From: Mobula hypostoma
Taxonomy: Eukaryota
DNA length: 64,000 bases
Direction of reading: 5' to 3'
Assembly: GCF_963921235.1 (NCBI RefSeq)
Contig: NC_086099.1
Coordinates: forward strand, 1,984,001 to 2,048,000
Under the pieces are notes generated by a model. It was not told the DNA's origin and searched no databases. It saw nothing but the letters and a program-made list of their open reading frames with translations. How positions within the stretch are numbered: the stretch's first letter is position 1; each line of letters starts with the position of its first letter. A program made the position numbers and the translations under genes. Below, in pieces: positions 23,690-37,164 of this stretch.

Positions 23690-26330
23690 CCTCAAAGATC
23701 ATTGCCAGAGGCTCAGCAATCTCCTTCCTCGCCTCCCACAGTAGCCTGGAGTACATCTCATCCGGTCCCGGTGACTTATCCAACTTGATGCTTTCCAAAA
23801 GCTCCAGCACATCCTCTTTCTTAATATCTACATGCTCAAGCTTTTCAGTCAACTGTAAGTCATCCCTACAATCGCCAAGATCCTTTTCCATAGTGAATAC
23901 TGAAGCAAAGTATTCATTAAGTACCTCTGCTATCTCCTCCGGTTCCATACACACGTTTCCACTGTCACACTTGATAGGTCCTATTCTCTCATGTCTTATC
24001 CTCTTGCTCTTCACATACTTGTCGAATGCCTTGGGGTTTTCCTTAATCCTCTCCAACAAGGCCTTCTCATGGCCCCTTCTGGCTCTCCTGATTTCATTCT
24101 TCAGCTCCTTCCTGCTAGCCTTATAATCTTCTAGATCTCTATCATTACCTAACTCTCTGAACCTTTCTTTTTCACCAGATTTTCAACAGCCTTTGTACAC
24201 CATGGTTTCTGTACCCTACCATAACTTCCCCGTCTCATTGGAACATACCTATTCAGAATGCTACACAAATATCCCCTGAACATTCACCACATTTCTGCTG
24301 TACATTTCCCTGAGAACATCTGCTCCCAATTTAAGCTTCCAATTTCCTGCCTGATAGCCTCATATTTCCCCTTACTCCAATTAAATGCTTTCCTAACTTC
24401 TCTGTTCCTATCTCTCTCCAACCCTATGGTAAAGGAGATAGAATTGTGATCACTATCTCCAAAATGCTCTCCCACTGAGAGATCTGACACATGACCAGGT
24501 TCATTTCCCAATACCAGATCAAGTACAGTCTCTCCTCTTGTAGGCTTATCTACATATTGTGTCAGAAAACCTTCCTGAACACACCTAACAAACTCCACCC
24601 CATCGAAACCCCTTGTTCCAGAGAGATGCCAATCGATATTTGGGAAATTAAAATCTCCCACAACAACAACCCTGTTATTATTACACCTTTCCAGAATCTG
24701 TCTCCCTATCTGCTCCTCGATGTCTCTGTTACTATTGGGTGGTCTATAAAAAACACCCAGTAGAGTTATTGACCTCTTCCTGTTCCCAACCTCCACCCAC
24801 AGAGACTCTGTAGACAACCCCTCCATAACTTAAACACGAGGAATTCTGCAGATGCTGGAATTTCAAGCAACACACATCAAAGTTGCTGGTGAACGCAGCA
24901 GGCCAGGCAGCATCTGTAGGAAGAGGTACAGTCGACATTTCGGGCCGAGACCCTTCATCAGGAAGAGCTAGTAAGAGATTTGAAAGTGGGAGGGGGAGGG
25001 GGAGATCCAAAATGATAGGAGAAGACAGGAGGGGGAGGGATGGAGCCAAGAGCTGGACATGTGTTTGGCAAAAGGGATATGAGAGGATCATGGGACAGGA
25101 GGCCCAGGGAGAAAGAAAAGGGAGAGGGGGGGAGAAAACCCCAGAGGATGGGCAAGGGGTATAGTGAGAGGGACAGAGGGAGAAAAAGGAGAGAGAGAAA
25201 GAATGTGTGTATATAAATAAATAACGGATTGGGTACGAGGGAGAGGTGGGGCATTAGCGGAAGTTAGAGAAGTCGATGTTCATGCCATCAGGTTGGAGGC
25301 TACCCAGACGGAATATAAGGTGTTGTTCCTCCAACCTGAGTGTGGCTTCATCTTTACAGTAGAGGAGGCCGTGGATAGACATGTCAGAATGGGAATGGGA
25401 TGTGGAATTAAAATGTGTGGCCACTGGGAGATCCTGCTTTCTCTGGCGGACAGAGCGTAGGTGTTCACAAAGCGGTCTCCCAGTCTGCGTCAGGTCTCTC
25501 CATAATTTCCACCTTTTCTGCAGTCGTGACACTATCTCTGATCAACAGTGCCATGCCCCCACCTCTATTGCCTCCCTCCTTGTCCTTTCTGAAACATCTA
25601 AAGCCCGGCACTTGAAGTAACCATTCCTGACCCTGAGCCATCCAAGTCTCTGTAATGGCCACAACATCATATCTCCAAGTACTGATCCACGCTCTAAGCT
25701 CATCCACTTTGTTTATAATACTACTCGCATTAAAAAAGACACATCTCAAACCTTCGGTCTGAGCGCAACCCTTCTCTATCACCTGCCTATCCTCCCTCTC
25801 ACACTGTCTCCAAGCTTTCTCTATTTGTGAGCCAACCATCTCTTCCTCAGTCTCTTTAGTTCAGTTCCCACCCCCCCCAGCAATGCTAGTTCAAGCTCTC
25901 CCCAATAGCCTTAGCAAACCTCCCCGCCAGGATATTGGTCCCCCTGGGATTCAAGTGCAACTCATCCTTTTTGTACAGGTCACACCTACCCCAAAAGAGG
26001 TCCCAATGATCCAGAAATCTGAATCCCTGCCCCCTGCTCCAATCCCTCAGCCGCGCATTTATCCTCCACCTCATTCTATTCCTATACTCACTATCACGTG
26101 GCATAGGCAGTAATCCTGAGATGACGACCTTTGTGGTCCTGCTTCTCAATTTCCTTCCTAACTCCCTGTAGTTTGCTTTCAGGACGTCTTCCCTTTTCCT
26201 ACCTATGTCTTTGGTACCAATATGTACCACGACCTCTGGCTGTTCTCCCTCCCACTGCAGGATATCGTGGACACGATCTGAAACTTCCTGGACCCTGGCA
26301 CCTGGGAGGCAAACTACCATCCGTGTTTCT
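23690..26330 (-). mobile_element. CR1 LINE (ORF1 esterase, APE endonuclease, ORF2 linker) interrupted by a Penelope insertion at ~24833-25485
   Basis: YRPPNS, VGDFNFPNIDW, DSDHN endonuclease motifs; Penelope EEQHLIFRLGSLQPDGMNIDF. Confidence 0.87.
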
Positions 26331-26625
26331 GCAAAGGTGAAAAGAACCTGATGGGATTTGTATAAGGACTCCTCAACAGTCGGAAGGATATGGTCTACAG
26401 ATTACAATGCGAGCTAGAAAATGCATACCAAAGGGCTAAATTACAATAGTCATGGGGATTTCATTATGCAGGCAGATTCAGAAAATCGGGTTTGTGCAAG
26501 ATTCCAGGAGGGGGAATTTGCAGAATGCCTGTGAGTTGGCTTTTTAGAGAAAATTGTGGTTGAGCTCACTAGGGGACCAGCTCTTCTGGATTGGGTGCTG
26601 TGTAATGAACCAGAATTGATTAGAG

Positions 26626-26875
26626 CTGTGGTCCCCAACCACCGGGCCGCGGACCAGTACCGGGCCGCAAAGCGTGTGCTACTGGGCCACGAGGAAACGA
26701 TATGATTTGGCAATACGAAACATTATGAGTCAGCTGCACCTTTCCTCATTCCCTGTCACGCACTGTTGAACTTGAACACCCGCCGCCACCCCCCCCCGCG
26801 ACCCCGTCAGCCGGTCCGCAAGAATATCGTCAATATTAAACCAGTCCACAGTGCGCGAAAGGTTGGGGACCCCTG
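26626..26875. mobile_element. 250-bp non-autonomous hAT (Charlie/MER1-like) MITE
   Basis: TIRs CTGTGGTCCCCAACC / GGTTGGGGACCCCTG; 8-bp TSD GATTAGAG. Confidence 0.88.
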
Positions 26876-27139
26876 GATTAGAGAGCTTAAGGAAAAAGAA
26901 CCCTTAGATGCAAGTGATCATATTATCAACTTTGTCCTGAAATTTGAGGAGAAGCTAGAGAGGTGTATCTGTATTACAGTGGAGTAAAGGGAATTACAGA
27001 GGCACGGGAGAGGAGTTGGCCGGAACTGATTGGTAAAGAACACTGGCAGGGATGACGGCAGAGCAGCAATGGCTGAGATTTCTGGGAGCAATTTGGAAGG
27101 CAAAGGATATATACATCCCAAATAGGAAGAAGCATCTAA

Positions 27140-28967
27140 AAGAAAGAACCCCAAGGCTTTCTACAAATATCTGAAGAGCAAGAGGATGAACCGTGTGAGA
27201 ATATGACCAATCAGGTGTGATTGTGGAAATGTGGGCATGGAGTCGGAGGTGGTAGCAGAGGTACTTAATGAATGTTTTGCTTCAGTGTTCACCAGGGAAA
27301 AAGACCTTGGCAATTGTGGGGATAACTTACAGCAGACTGAAACACTTGAGCATATACACGTTAAGAAAGAGGATGTGCAGAAGCTTTTGAAAACCACTGT
27401 TAGATAAGTCACCAGGACCAGATGAGATGTACCCCAGGCTACTGTGAGAAGTGAAGGAGGAGATTGCTGAGCCTCTGCTGATGATCTTTGCATCATCAGT
27501 AGGGACGGGAGAGGTTCCGGAGGATTGGAGGGTTGCAAATATTATTCCCTTGTTCAAGAAGGCGAGTAGAGATAACCCAGGGAATTATAGACCAGTGAGT
27601 CTGACTTCAGTGGTGGGCAAGTTGTTGGAGAAGAACCTGAGAGGCAGGATTTATGAGCGTTTGGAGAGACACAATCTGATTAGGGATAGTCAGCATGGCG
27701 TTGTCAAAGGCAGGTCGTGCCTTGCCAGCCTGATCAAATTCTTTCAGGATGTAAAACACATTGATGAAGATAGAGCAGTGGATGTAGTGCATATGGATTT
27801 CAGTAAGGCATTTGATAAGGTTTCTCATGCAAAGCTCCTTCGGAAAGTAAGGAGGCATGGGATTCAAGGAGACCTTGCTTTATGGATCCAGAACCGGCTT
27901 GTCCGCAGAAAGGAAAGGGTGGTTATAGATAGTTTGTATTCTGCATGGAGGTCGGTGACCAGTGGTGTGCCTCAGGGATCTGTTCTGGGACACCTCCCCT
28001 TTGTGATTTTTATAAATGACCTGGATAAAGAAGTAGAAGGGTTGGTTAGTAAGTTTGCTGATGACACAAAGATTGGGGGTGTTGTGGATAGTCTGAAGGG
28101 TTGTCAGAGGTTACAGCAGGACATTGATAGGATGCAGAACTGGGCTGAGAAGTGGCAGATAGACTTCAACCTAGATAAGTGTGAAGTGGTTCATTTTGGT
28201 AGGTCCAATTTGAAGACAGAATATAATATTAAGGGTAAGACTATTGGCCGTGTGGAGAATCAGAGAGATCTTGGGTTCCATGTCTATAGGACACTCAAAG
28301 CTGCTGTGCAGGTTGACAGTGTTGTTCAGAAGGTGTATGGTGTGTTGGCTTTCATCAGCCATGGGATTGAGTTCAAGAGCCGTGAGGTAATGTTACAGCT
28401 ATACAAGACCTTGGTCAGACCCCACTTGGAGTACTGTGCTCAGTTCTGGTCACCTCACTACAGGAAGGATGTGGATACTATGGAGAGAGTGCAGAGGAGA
28501 TTTACAAGGATGTTGCCTGGATTGGGGAGCGTGCTTTATGAGAATAGGTTGAATGAACTTGGCCTTTTCTCCTTGGAGTGATGGAGGATGAGAGGTGACC
28601 TGATAGAGGTGTATAAGATGATGGGAGGCATTGACCGTGTGGGTAGCCAGAGGCTTTTTCCCAGGGCTGAAATGGCTAACGGGAGGGGGCACAGTTTTAA
28701 GGTGCTTGGGAATAGGTACAGAGGGGATGTCAGGGATAGGTTTTTCACACAGAGAGTGGTGAGTGCGTGGTATGGGCTGCCGGTGGCAGTGGTGGAAGTG
28801 GCAAAAGTAGGATCTATTAAGAGACTCTCAGATAGGTACACGGAGCTTAGAAAAACAGAGGGCTATGCAGTAGGGAAATTCTAGGCTGTTTCTGGAGTAG
28901 GTTACACAACATTGTGGGCCAAAGGGTTTGTAACGTGCTGTAGATTTCTATTTTCTATGTTCTATGT
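27140..28967 (+). mobile_element. 5'-truncated CR1 ORF2 (RT) with 3' tail
   Basis: 376-aa ORF with [28 protein letters not shown]; TTCTATG tail. Confidence 0.92.
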
Positions 28968-29669
28968 TAAGACACAACCATGGCTACAAGAGAAGTCAAA
29001 GCCAACATAAAGGCCAAAGAAGGCATATAATAGAGCAAAAAACAGTGGGAAGTTAGATGATTGGGAAGCTCTTAAAAACAAGGGGAAACAAGTCATTAAA
29101 AAGGTAAAGAGAATACAAAAGTAAGCCAGCCAGTAATATTAAAGAGGATACCAAAAGTTTCTCCAGATACATAAAGTATAAAAGAGGTGAAAGTGGATAT
29201 TGGACTGCTAAAGATGATATTAGAGAGGTAGTAATGGGGACAACAAAATGGTGAACAAGTATTTTGCATCAGACTTCACTGTGGAAAACACTAGCAGTAT
29301 AGTGGAAGTTCCAGGTGCCGGGTCATGAAATGCGTGAAGTTACCATTACTGGGGAGAAGGTTCTTGGTGAAGCTGAAAAGTTTAAAGGTAGATAGGTCAC
29401 CTGGACCAGATAGTGAACACCACGGGGTTCTGATAGAGGTGGCTGTCTCTAGATAGAGGAGCCCCTGTGCAGGATACCCTAAAGGTTAACCTCCAGGTTG
29501 AGTCGGTGGTGAAGATGGCGAATACAATGTTGGCATTCATTTCCAGAGGTATAGAATATAAGAACAGGGATGTGATGTTGAGGCTCTATAAGGCACTCGT
29601 GAGACCACACTTGGAGTATTGTGTGCAGTTTTGAGCTCCTTATTTTAGAAATGATATACTGACATTGGA

Positions 29670-30426
29670 GATGGAGCGACCACTCTCCACTGAACATCGA
29701 TGACTCCTCCGTAGAGATCGTTAGGAGCACCAAATTTCTTGGTGTTCACCTGGCGGAGAATCTCACCTGGTCCCTCCACACCAGTTCCACAGCAAAGAAA
29801 GCCCAGCAGCGTCTCCACTTTCTGTGAAGGCTGAGAAAAGTCCATCTCCCACCCCCATCCTCACCACATTCTACAGAGGTTGTATTGAGAGCATCCTGAG
29901 CAGCTGCATCACTGCCTGGTTCGGAAATTGCATCATCTTGGATCGCAAGACCCTGCAGCGGATAGTGAGGTCAGCTGAGAAAATCATCGGAGTCTCTCTT
30001 CCCACCATTACAGACATTTACATCACATGCTGCATCCGTAAAGCAAACAGCATTATGAAGGACCCCACGCACCCCTCATATAAACTCTTCTCCCTCCTGC
30101 CATCTGGCAAAAGGTACCGAAGCATTCGGGCTCTCACGACCAGACTATGTAACAGTTTCTTCCCCCAAGCCATCAGACTTCTCAATACTCAAGAGTCTAG
30201 ACTGACACCAAACTACTGCCCTCTACTGTGCCTATTGTCTTGTTTATTATTTATTGTAATGCCTGCACTGTTTTGTGCACTTTATGCAGTCCTGGGTAGG
30301 TCTGTAGTCTAGTGTAGTTTTGTGTTGTTTTATGTAGCACCATGGTCCTGAAAAACGTCTCGTTTTTACTGTGTATTGTACCAGCAGTTATGGTCGAAAT
30401 GACTATAAAAAGTGACTTGACTTGAC
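29670..30426 (+). mobile_element. Rex1/L2-type LINE 3' part with (GACTT)n tail nested in CR1
   Basis: FYRGCIESILSSCITAWFG..HPSYKLFSLLPSGKRYRS. Confidence 0.8.
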
Positions 30427-30566
30427 TTGATTCAGAGAAGATTCACAAGAATGAATGCAGGAATGAAAGGGTTACTGTATGAGGAATGTCTGGCAGCTCT
30501 TGGGCTGAATTCCCTGGAGTTCAGGAGAATGAGGGGGGATCTCCTAGAAACATTCAGAATGTTATT

Positions 30567-31485
30567 GAGGACCAGTGAGCCTTACGTCTGTGGTGGGAAA
30601 GCTGTTGGAAAAGATTCTAAGAGATAGGATCTATAGGCATTTAGAGAATCATGGTCTGATCAGGGACAGTCAGCATGGCTTTGTGAAGGGCAGATCGTGT
30701 CTAACAAGCCTGATAGAGTACTTTGAGGAGGTGACCAGGCATATAGATGAGGGTAGTGCAGTGGGTGTGATCTATATGGGTTTTAGTAAGGCATTTGACA
30801 AGGTTCCACACAGTAGGCTTATTCAGAAAGTTAGAAGGCATGGGATCCAGGGAAGTTTGGCCAGGTGGATTCAGAATTGGCTTGCCTGCAGAAGGCAGAG
30901 GGTCGTGGTGGAGGGAGTACATTCAGATTGGAGGATTGTGACAAGTGGTGTCCCACAAGGATCTGTTCTGGGACCTCCACTTTTCGTCATTTTTATTAAT
31001 AACCTTGATGTAGGGGTAGAAGGGTGGGTTGGCAAGTTTGCAGACAACACAAATGTTGGTGGTGTTGTAGATAGTGTAGAAGATTGTCAAAGATTGCAGA
31101 GAGAAGGAGGATGAAAGGAGACATGATAGAGGTGTACAAGATAATAAGAGGAATAGATAGAGTGGATAGCCAGTGCCTCTTCCCCAGGGCACCACTGCTC
31201 AATACAAGAGGACATGGCTTTAAGGTAAGAGGTGGGTAGTGGGAAGTTCAGGGGGGATATTAGAGGAAGGTTTTTTACTCAGAGAGTGGTTGGTGCCTGG
31301 AATACACTGCCTGAGTCAGTGGTGGAGGCAGATACACTCATGAAGTTTAAGAGACTACTAGACAGGTATATGGAGGAATTTAAGTTGGGGGGTTATATGG
31401 GAGGCAGTGTTTGAGGGTTGGAGCAACTTTGTGGGCTGAAGGGCCTGTAATGTGCTGTACTATTCTATGTTCTATGTTCTATGTT
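30567..31485 (+). mobile_element. CR1 RT fragment with internal deletion
   Basis: [22 protein letters not shown]; TTCTATG tail. Confidence 0.85.
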
Positions 31486-32840
31486 AAAAGGCCTGAACAG
31501 ATTAGATATGGGAAAGTTATTTCCCATGGTAGGGGATTCTAGGACAAGGGGGCATGGACTTCAGGATCTCTGTCCATTTAGAACAGAGATACGGATAAAT
31601 TACTTTAATGAAAGGTTGATAAATCTGTGGAATTGTTGCCACGAGTGGCTGTGGAGACCAAGTCATTGGGTGCATTTAAGGCAGAGATAGATAGGTTCTT
31701 GATTGGCTAGGGCATCAAAGGCTATGGGGAGAAGGCAGGGGAGTGGGGCTGACTGGAAGAATTGGATCAGCCCATGATTGAATAGCGGAGCAGACTCAAT
31801 GGGCTGAATGGCCTACTTCTGCTCCTATATCTTGTGGTCTTATGGATCTTATGGCTGAAGAGATTGTAGAGGTGTTAGTAATGATCTTTCAAGAATCACC
31901 ATATTCTGGAATACTGGAAAATTGCAGATGTCACTCCACTCTTCTAGAAGGGAGGGAGGCAGAAGGAAGGAAACTATAGGCCAGTTAGTCTGACCTCAGT
32001 GGTTGAGAAGAGGGAGTTGATTATCAAGGATGAGGCATGGTTTCCTCAAGGGAAAATCTTGCCTGATAAATCTGATGGAATTCTTTGAAGAAATATCAAG
32101 CAGAACAGATGATGTCGAATCGGTTGATGTTGTGTACTGATTTTCAAAAGGGTTTGACAAGGTGCCACATGATGTGGATGATGGAATTGATGGCTTTTTT
32201 GCAAAGTTTGCAGTCGATATGAGGATAGGTGGGGTAGCAGGTAGTTTTGAGGAAGTAAAGAAGCCACAGAAGGGTTTAGACAGGTTAGGAGAATGGGAAA
32301 ATAAACGGCAGATGGAATACAGTGTCAGGAAATGTCTGGTCGTGCACTTTTGGAGAAGTAATGAAGGGTTGACTATTTTCTCAATGGTGAGAACATACTA
32401 AAAACTGAGGTGCAAGGGGGCTTGGGAGTCCGTGTGCAGGATACCCTAAAGGTTACATTGAGTCTGTGCTGAGGAAGGCAAATGGGATGTTAGCAGTCGT
32501 TTCTTAGGACTAGGATATAAAAGCAAGGGTGTGATGAAGTTTTTAAGGATATTGCGGATGCAGGGGTTAATGACCTTCAAGGACTTTGTTAGCATAAGTT
32601 GCATCCTTGTTTTTGCTTTGCGCAGCTGTGAGGTTGTGAAATAGCTAAACTACTTCTTTGTTTCAATCAATGACAGAACTGTCTGATTCTGTAGAGTAAC
32701 AGATATGTGTGTCTGACAAACACTCCAAGGCTGACTGGCCCTCTGTGTCTTGAGGTTTGACAATCTTATACTAAGAATTGGAAAACAACTCCACATATGG
32801 ATAATGATGGCCTCTTTGAACTGTATAAACGTTGCTGTAT

Positions 32841-33200
32841 GTAACCTGCTGACAGAGGTCCCTTACGAGCCTCCAGAGAGAGAGGGACACTGTCCCTCTG
32901 GTAACCTGCTGGCAGAGGTCCCTCACGAGCCTCCAGAGAGAGAGGGACACTGTCCCTCTGGTAACCTGCTGGCAGAGGTCCCTCACGAGCCTCCAGAGAG
33001 AGAGGGACACTGTCCCTCTGGTAACCTGCTGGCAGAGGTCCCTCACGAGCCTCCAGAGAGAGAGGGACACTGTCCCTCTGGTAACCTGCTGGCAGAGGTC
33101 CCTCACGAGCCTCCAGAGAGAGAGGGACACTGTCCCTCTGGTAACCTGCTGACAGAGGTCCCTCACGAGCCTCCAGAGAGAGAGGGACACTGTCCCTCTG
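32841..33200. repeat. 60-bp tandem repeat, 6 copies
   Basis: GTAACCTGCTGGCAGAGGTCCCTCACGAGCCTCCAGAGAGAGAGGGACACTGTCCCTCTG x6. Confidence 0.97.
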
Positions 33201-33922
33201 GTAGGCAGCTCCAGAGCCTCTCACCAGCTGAGTTCCAACAAGTGAACTGGTGAAAAGCATAAAGTAAAGAAGTTTGTGGCATGATTATTGGTCCAGCAAA
33301 TTTAGGTTTAGAGATGTACTATTGAGACTTTGTAAGGCAGTGGTGAGGCTTCCGTTGAAGTGTTGTGAGCCGTTCTCAGCCCGTTATCTCAGACCGGACT
33401 CAATTTGCTCACTTCTATTGTCTATACAATCTGTTTTCTTTTCTCTGTGGGCACTGAGGCATTGGTGTTATTTTTTAAATTGGGTTCTTTCAAATTCCTT
33501 GCTTTACAATTGCCTGTAAACAAAAACACCTTAAAGTTTTATCATTTATACATTCTTTGATAATAAATGCACTTTGAAGCTTTGGATGTCCTGAAACTGG
33601 AGAGGTTTCAAATGGGGTTCACGAAAATGAATAGAGGATTGAATGCTGTCATATGCAGAGCGAACGCTCTGGGCCTGTACTCACTGGAATTCAGAAGAAT
33701 GAGGGGTGTCCTTATTGAAACAGTGAATGGTGAAAGGTCTTGACAGAGTGGATGTGGAGAGGATGTTTCCTATGGCGGGAAAGTCCAAAACCAGAAAACA
33801 CAATCTCAGAATAGAGGGGTGTCCTGTTAGATTGGAGATGAGGAGGAATTTCTTTTGCCAGAGAGTGGTAAATCTGTGAAATTCTTTGCCACAGGCAGTT
33901 GTGGAGGCCAAGTCTTTATGTA

Positions 33923-36832
33923 CTGTGGTGCTAGAAAGTTGGTGAACCCTGTAGAATTTTCTCTATGTAAAGATTTGTGAAGATTTGATCACATTTTATG
34001 TTATATTTATGTAGAAATAGAATTTGAACCTAAAGCGTGATCAAATCTTCACCAGATTCCTAGAACTAGATTAAGATTACCCAATTAGTAAATAACACAA
34101 AACTTGTTCATTTATTTTTTGAGTGCAATGAACCAATATTACATCTATTTGTCAGAAAAATTATGTGAACCTTCACTTTCAGTAACTGGTGTGACCCCGT
34201 TGTACAGCAGTAACTTCAACCAAACATTTCCAGTAACTGTTGATCGGTGCTGCACATCAGCTTGGAGGAATTTTAGGCCATTCCTCCTTACAAAACCGCT
34301 TCAACCCTGGGATGTTGGTCAGCTTCCTTGCATGAACTGCTTGCTTCAGGTCCTTTTCTATAGGATTAAGGTCAGGACTTTAACATGAATTTTCTTCTTT
34401 TTGAACCACACTTGTTGATTTACTCTTGTCTTTCAGATCATTGTCTTCCTGTGTTATCCAACTTCTATTAAGCTTCATTAAGTGACAGACTGCTACTCTG
34501 ACATTGTCCTGTAAAATGTCGATGCAGTTTTGAATTCATTGTTTCTTCAATGATGGCAAGCTGTTCTGGCCCTGAGGCAGCAAAACGGCCTCAAACCATC
34601 AGGCCATAAGACCGGAATCTGACCCATCGAGTCTGCTCCACCATTCAATCATGGCTGAACCTTTTTTTATCTATCTCCTCCTCAACTCCAGTTCCCAGCC
34701 TTCTCCCTGTAACCTTTGATGCCATGTCCAATCAAGAACCTATCAATCTCTGCCTTAAATACACCCAACGACCCGGTCTCCACAGCTGCACGTGGCAATA
34801 AACTCCACAAATTCACCATTCTTTGGCTAAAGAAATTTCTCCAGATCTCTGTTTTGAAAGGGCGCCCCTCTATCCTGAGGCTGTGCCCTCTTGTCATAGA
34901 CTCACAACCATGGGAAACATCTGTCTAGGCCTTTCAACATTCAAAAGGTTTCAATGAGATCCCCCCTCATCCTTCTGAATTCCAGCGAGTACAGACCCAG
35001 AGCCATCAAACGTTCTTCGTATGATAACCCTTTCATTCCTGGAATCATCCTTGTGAACCTCCTCCGGATCCTCTCCAATGCCAGCACATCTTTTCTAAAA
35101 TGAGGGGCCCAAAACTGTAGACAATTCTCAAGGTGAGGCCTCACCAGTGCCTTATAAAGCCTCAGCATCTCATCTCTGCTCTTGAAATGAATGCTAACAT
35201 TGCATTTGCCTTCCTCACCACCGACTCAACCTGCAAGTTAACTTTCAGGGTGTTCTACACAAGTCCCTCTGCATCTCAGATTCCTGGATTTTCTCTCCAT
35301 TTAGAAAATAATCCACACTTTTATTTCTGCTACCAAAGTGTATGACCAGGCATTTTCCAACATTGTATTTCATTTGCCACTTTCTTGTCCATTCTCCCAA
35401 TCTGCCTAAGTCCTTCTGCATCCTACCTGTTTCCACAACACTACCTTGCCCCTCCATCAATCTTCGTATCATCTGAAAACTTGGCAACAAGGCCATCTAT
35501 TCCATCATCTAAATCATTTATATACAGCATAAAAAGAGGCAGTCCCAACACCAACCTCTGTGGAACACCAGTAGTCACTGGCAGCCAACCAGAAAAGGAT
35601 CCTTTTATTCCCAGTCGCTGCCTCCTATCAATCAGCCAATGCTCAAACCATGTTAGTAACTTTCCTGTAATACCATGGACTCTTAATTTGGTAAGCAGCC
35701 TCGTGTGTGACACTTTGTCAAAGGCCTTCTGCAAGTCCAAATATACAACATCCACTACACCCCCTTTATCTATCCTACTTGTAATCTCCTCAAAGAATTC
35801 CAACAGTTTCGTTAGGTAGGATTTTCCCTGAAGGAAAATATGCTGACTTTGTACTATCTTGTCCTGTGACACCAAGTACTCCATCAGCTCATCCTTCACA
35901 ATTGACTCCAACATCTTCCCAACCACTGAGGTCAGGCTAACATGATGCTCCTTGCACCATGTTTCACAGTTGGGATGAGGTTTTGGTGTTGGTGTGCAGT
36001 GCCCTTTTGCCTCCAAACATAATAGTGTGCATTTCTGCCAAGAAGTTCAACTTTTGTCTCATCTAACCACAGAACATTGTCTCAGAAACATTGTGGAACT
36101 TGGGATGTGCAGCATTTTTTTTGAGAGCTGTGGTTCCTCTGAACACCATTCTTGTGATTTTCTTATAGTGGACACCTGAACAGAGACTTTAGCAATTTCT
36201 AGATATTTCTGTAGATCTATTAATGTTACCCTTGGGCTCTTTTTCCTTCAGCATTGTACATTGTGCTCTTGCAGGATATCCACTCCTAGGGAGAGTAGCA
36301 ACAATACTGAATTTCCTCCACTTATAGACAGTTTCTCTTAGTGTGGACTGATGAACACTCAGGTCTTCAGAAATGTTTTTTGTAGCCTTTTCCAGCTTCA
36401 TGCATCTCTACAGTTCTTCTAAGGCCCTCTGAAAGTTGTTTGATCGAGGCATGGTGCACGTAAACAGAGCTTTCTTGAGAAGAACAGGCTCTGTCAGTAA
36501 CCTGACTTTGTGTGTCTTTTTTATAGAACAGGGCACCTCTACAACCCACACCTCCAATCTCATCTCATTAATTGGAACACCGGACTCCAAATAGCTTTTG
36601 TAGAAGGCATTACCCCAGAGGTTCACATACTCTTTTGAACCCAGACTATGAATGTTTACATGGTGTACTCAGGAATGATGAGAAGTAGTACAATTGTTGG
36701 TGTGTTATTAGTTTAGGCAGATTGTGTTTGTCTATTGTTGTGATTTAGATGAAAATCAGACCACATTTTATGAGTAATTAATGCAGAAAGCTAGGTAATT
36801 GCAAAGTGGTCATAAGCTTTTTCTTGGAACTG
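33923..36832 (-). mobile_element. Decayed Tc1/mariner transposon with nested CR1 (~34600-35940)
   Basis: TA-flanked CTGTG../..AACTG ends; frameshifted transposase N-terminus (MPRS..MHEAGKGYK..VHQSTLRETVYKWRKF..LPRSG). Confidence 0.75.
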
Positions 36833-37164
36833 TAACTCCACTTTTTATGAAATTCGTTACTCTAATTGATGACTTGTTTTGTGTGTTGCATGTTGCACCC
36901 TGACCGACGTACCACCACAAGAATCTCCTCCAGGAACTCTCCCAGCCCCTGCTACAGTATGATTTTCTTCCCCAATCTTGCCACGCAGACCTCTCACTCT
37001 TGCAGGAACCGGTTCCCTCATTTAGATCCAAACCACCAGATCTTGTCCTCAGGACATCCCTGACTTCACCCCGTACCGTCCCTGAAGGTGAGTCTATAAA
37101 CCAGACCATTGTCACCGACAACTGGGGCAGGGAGTGGGATATTACTGTAGTGGAAACGATAAGG

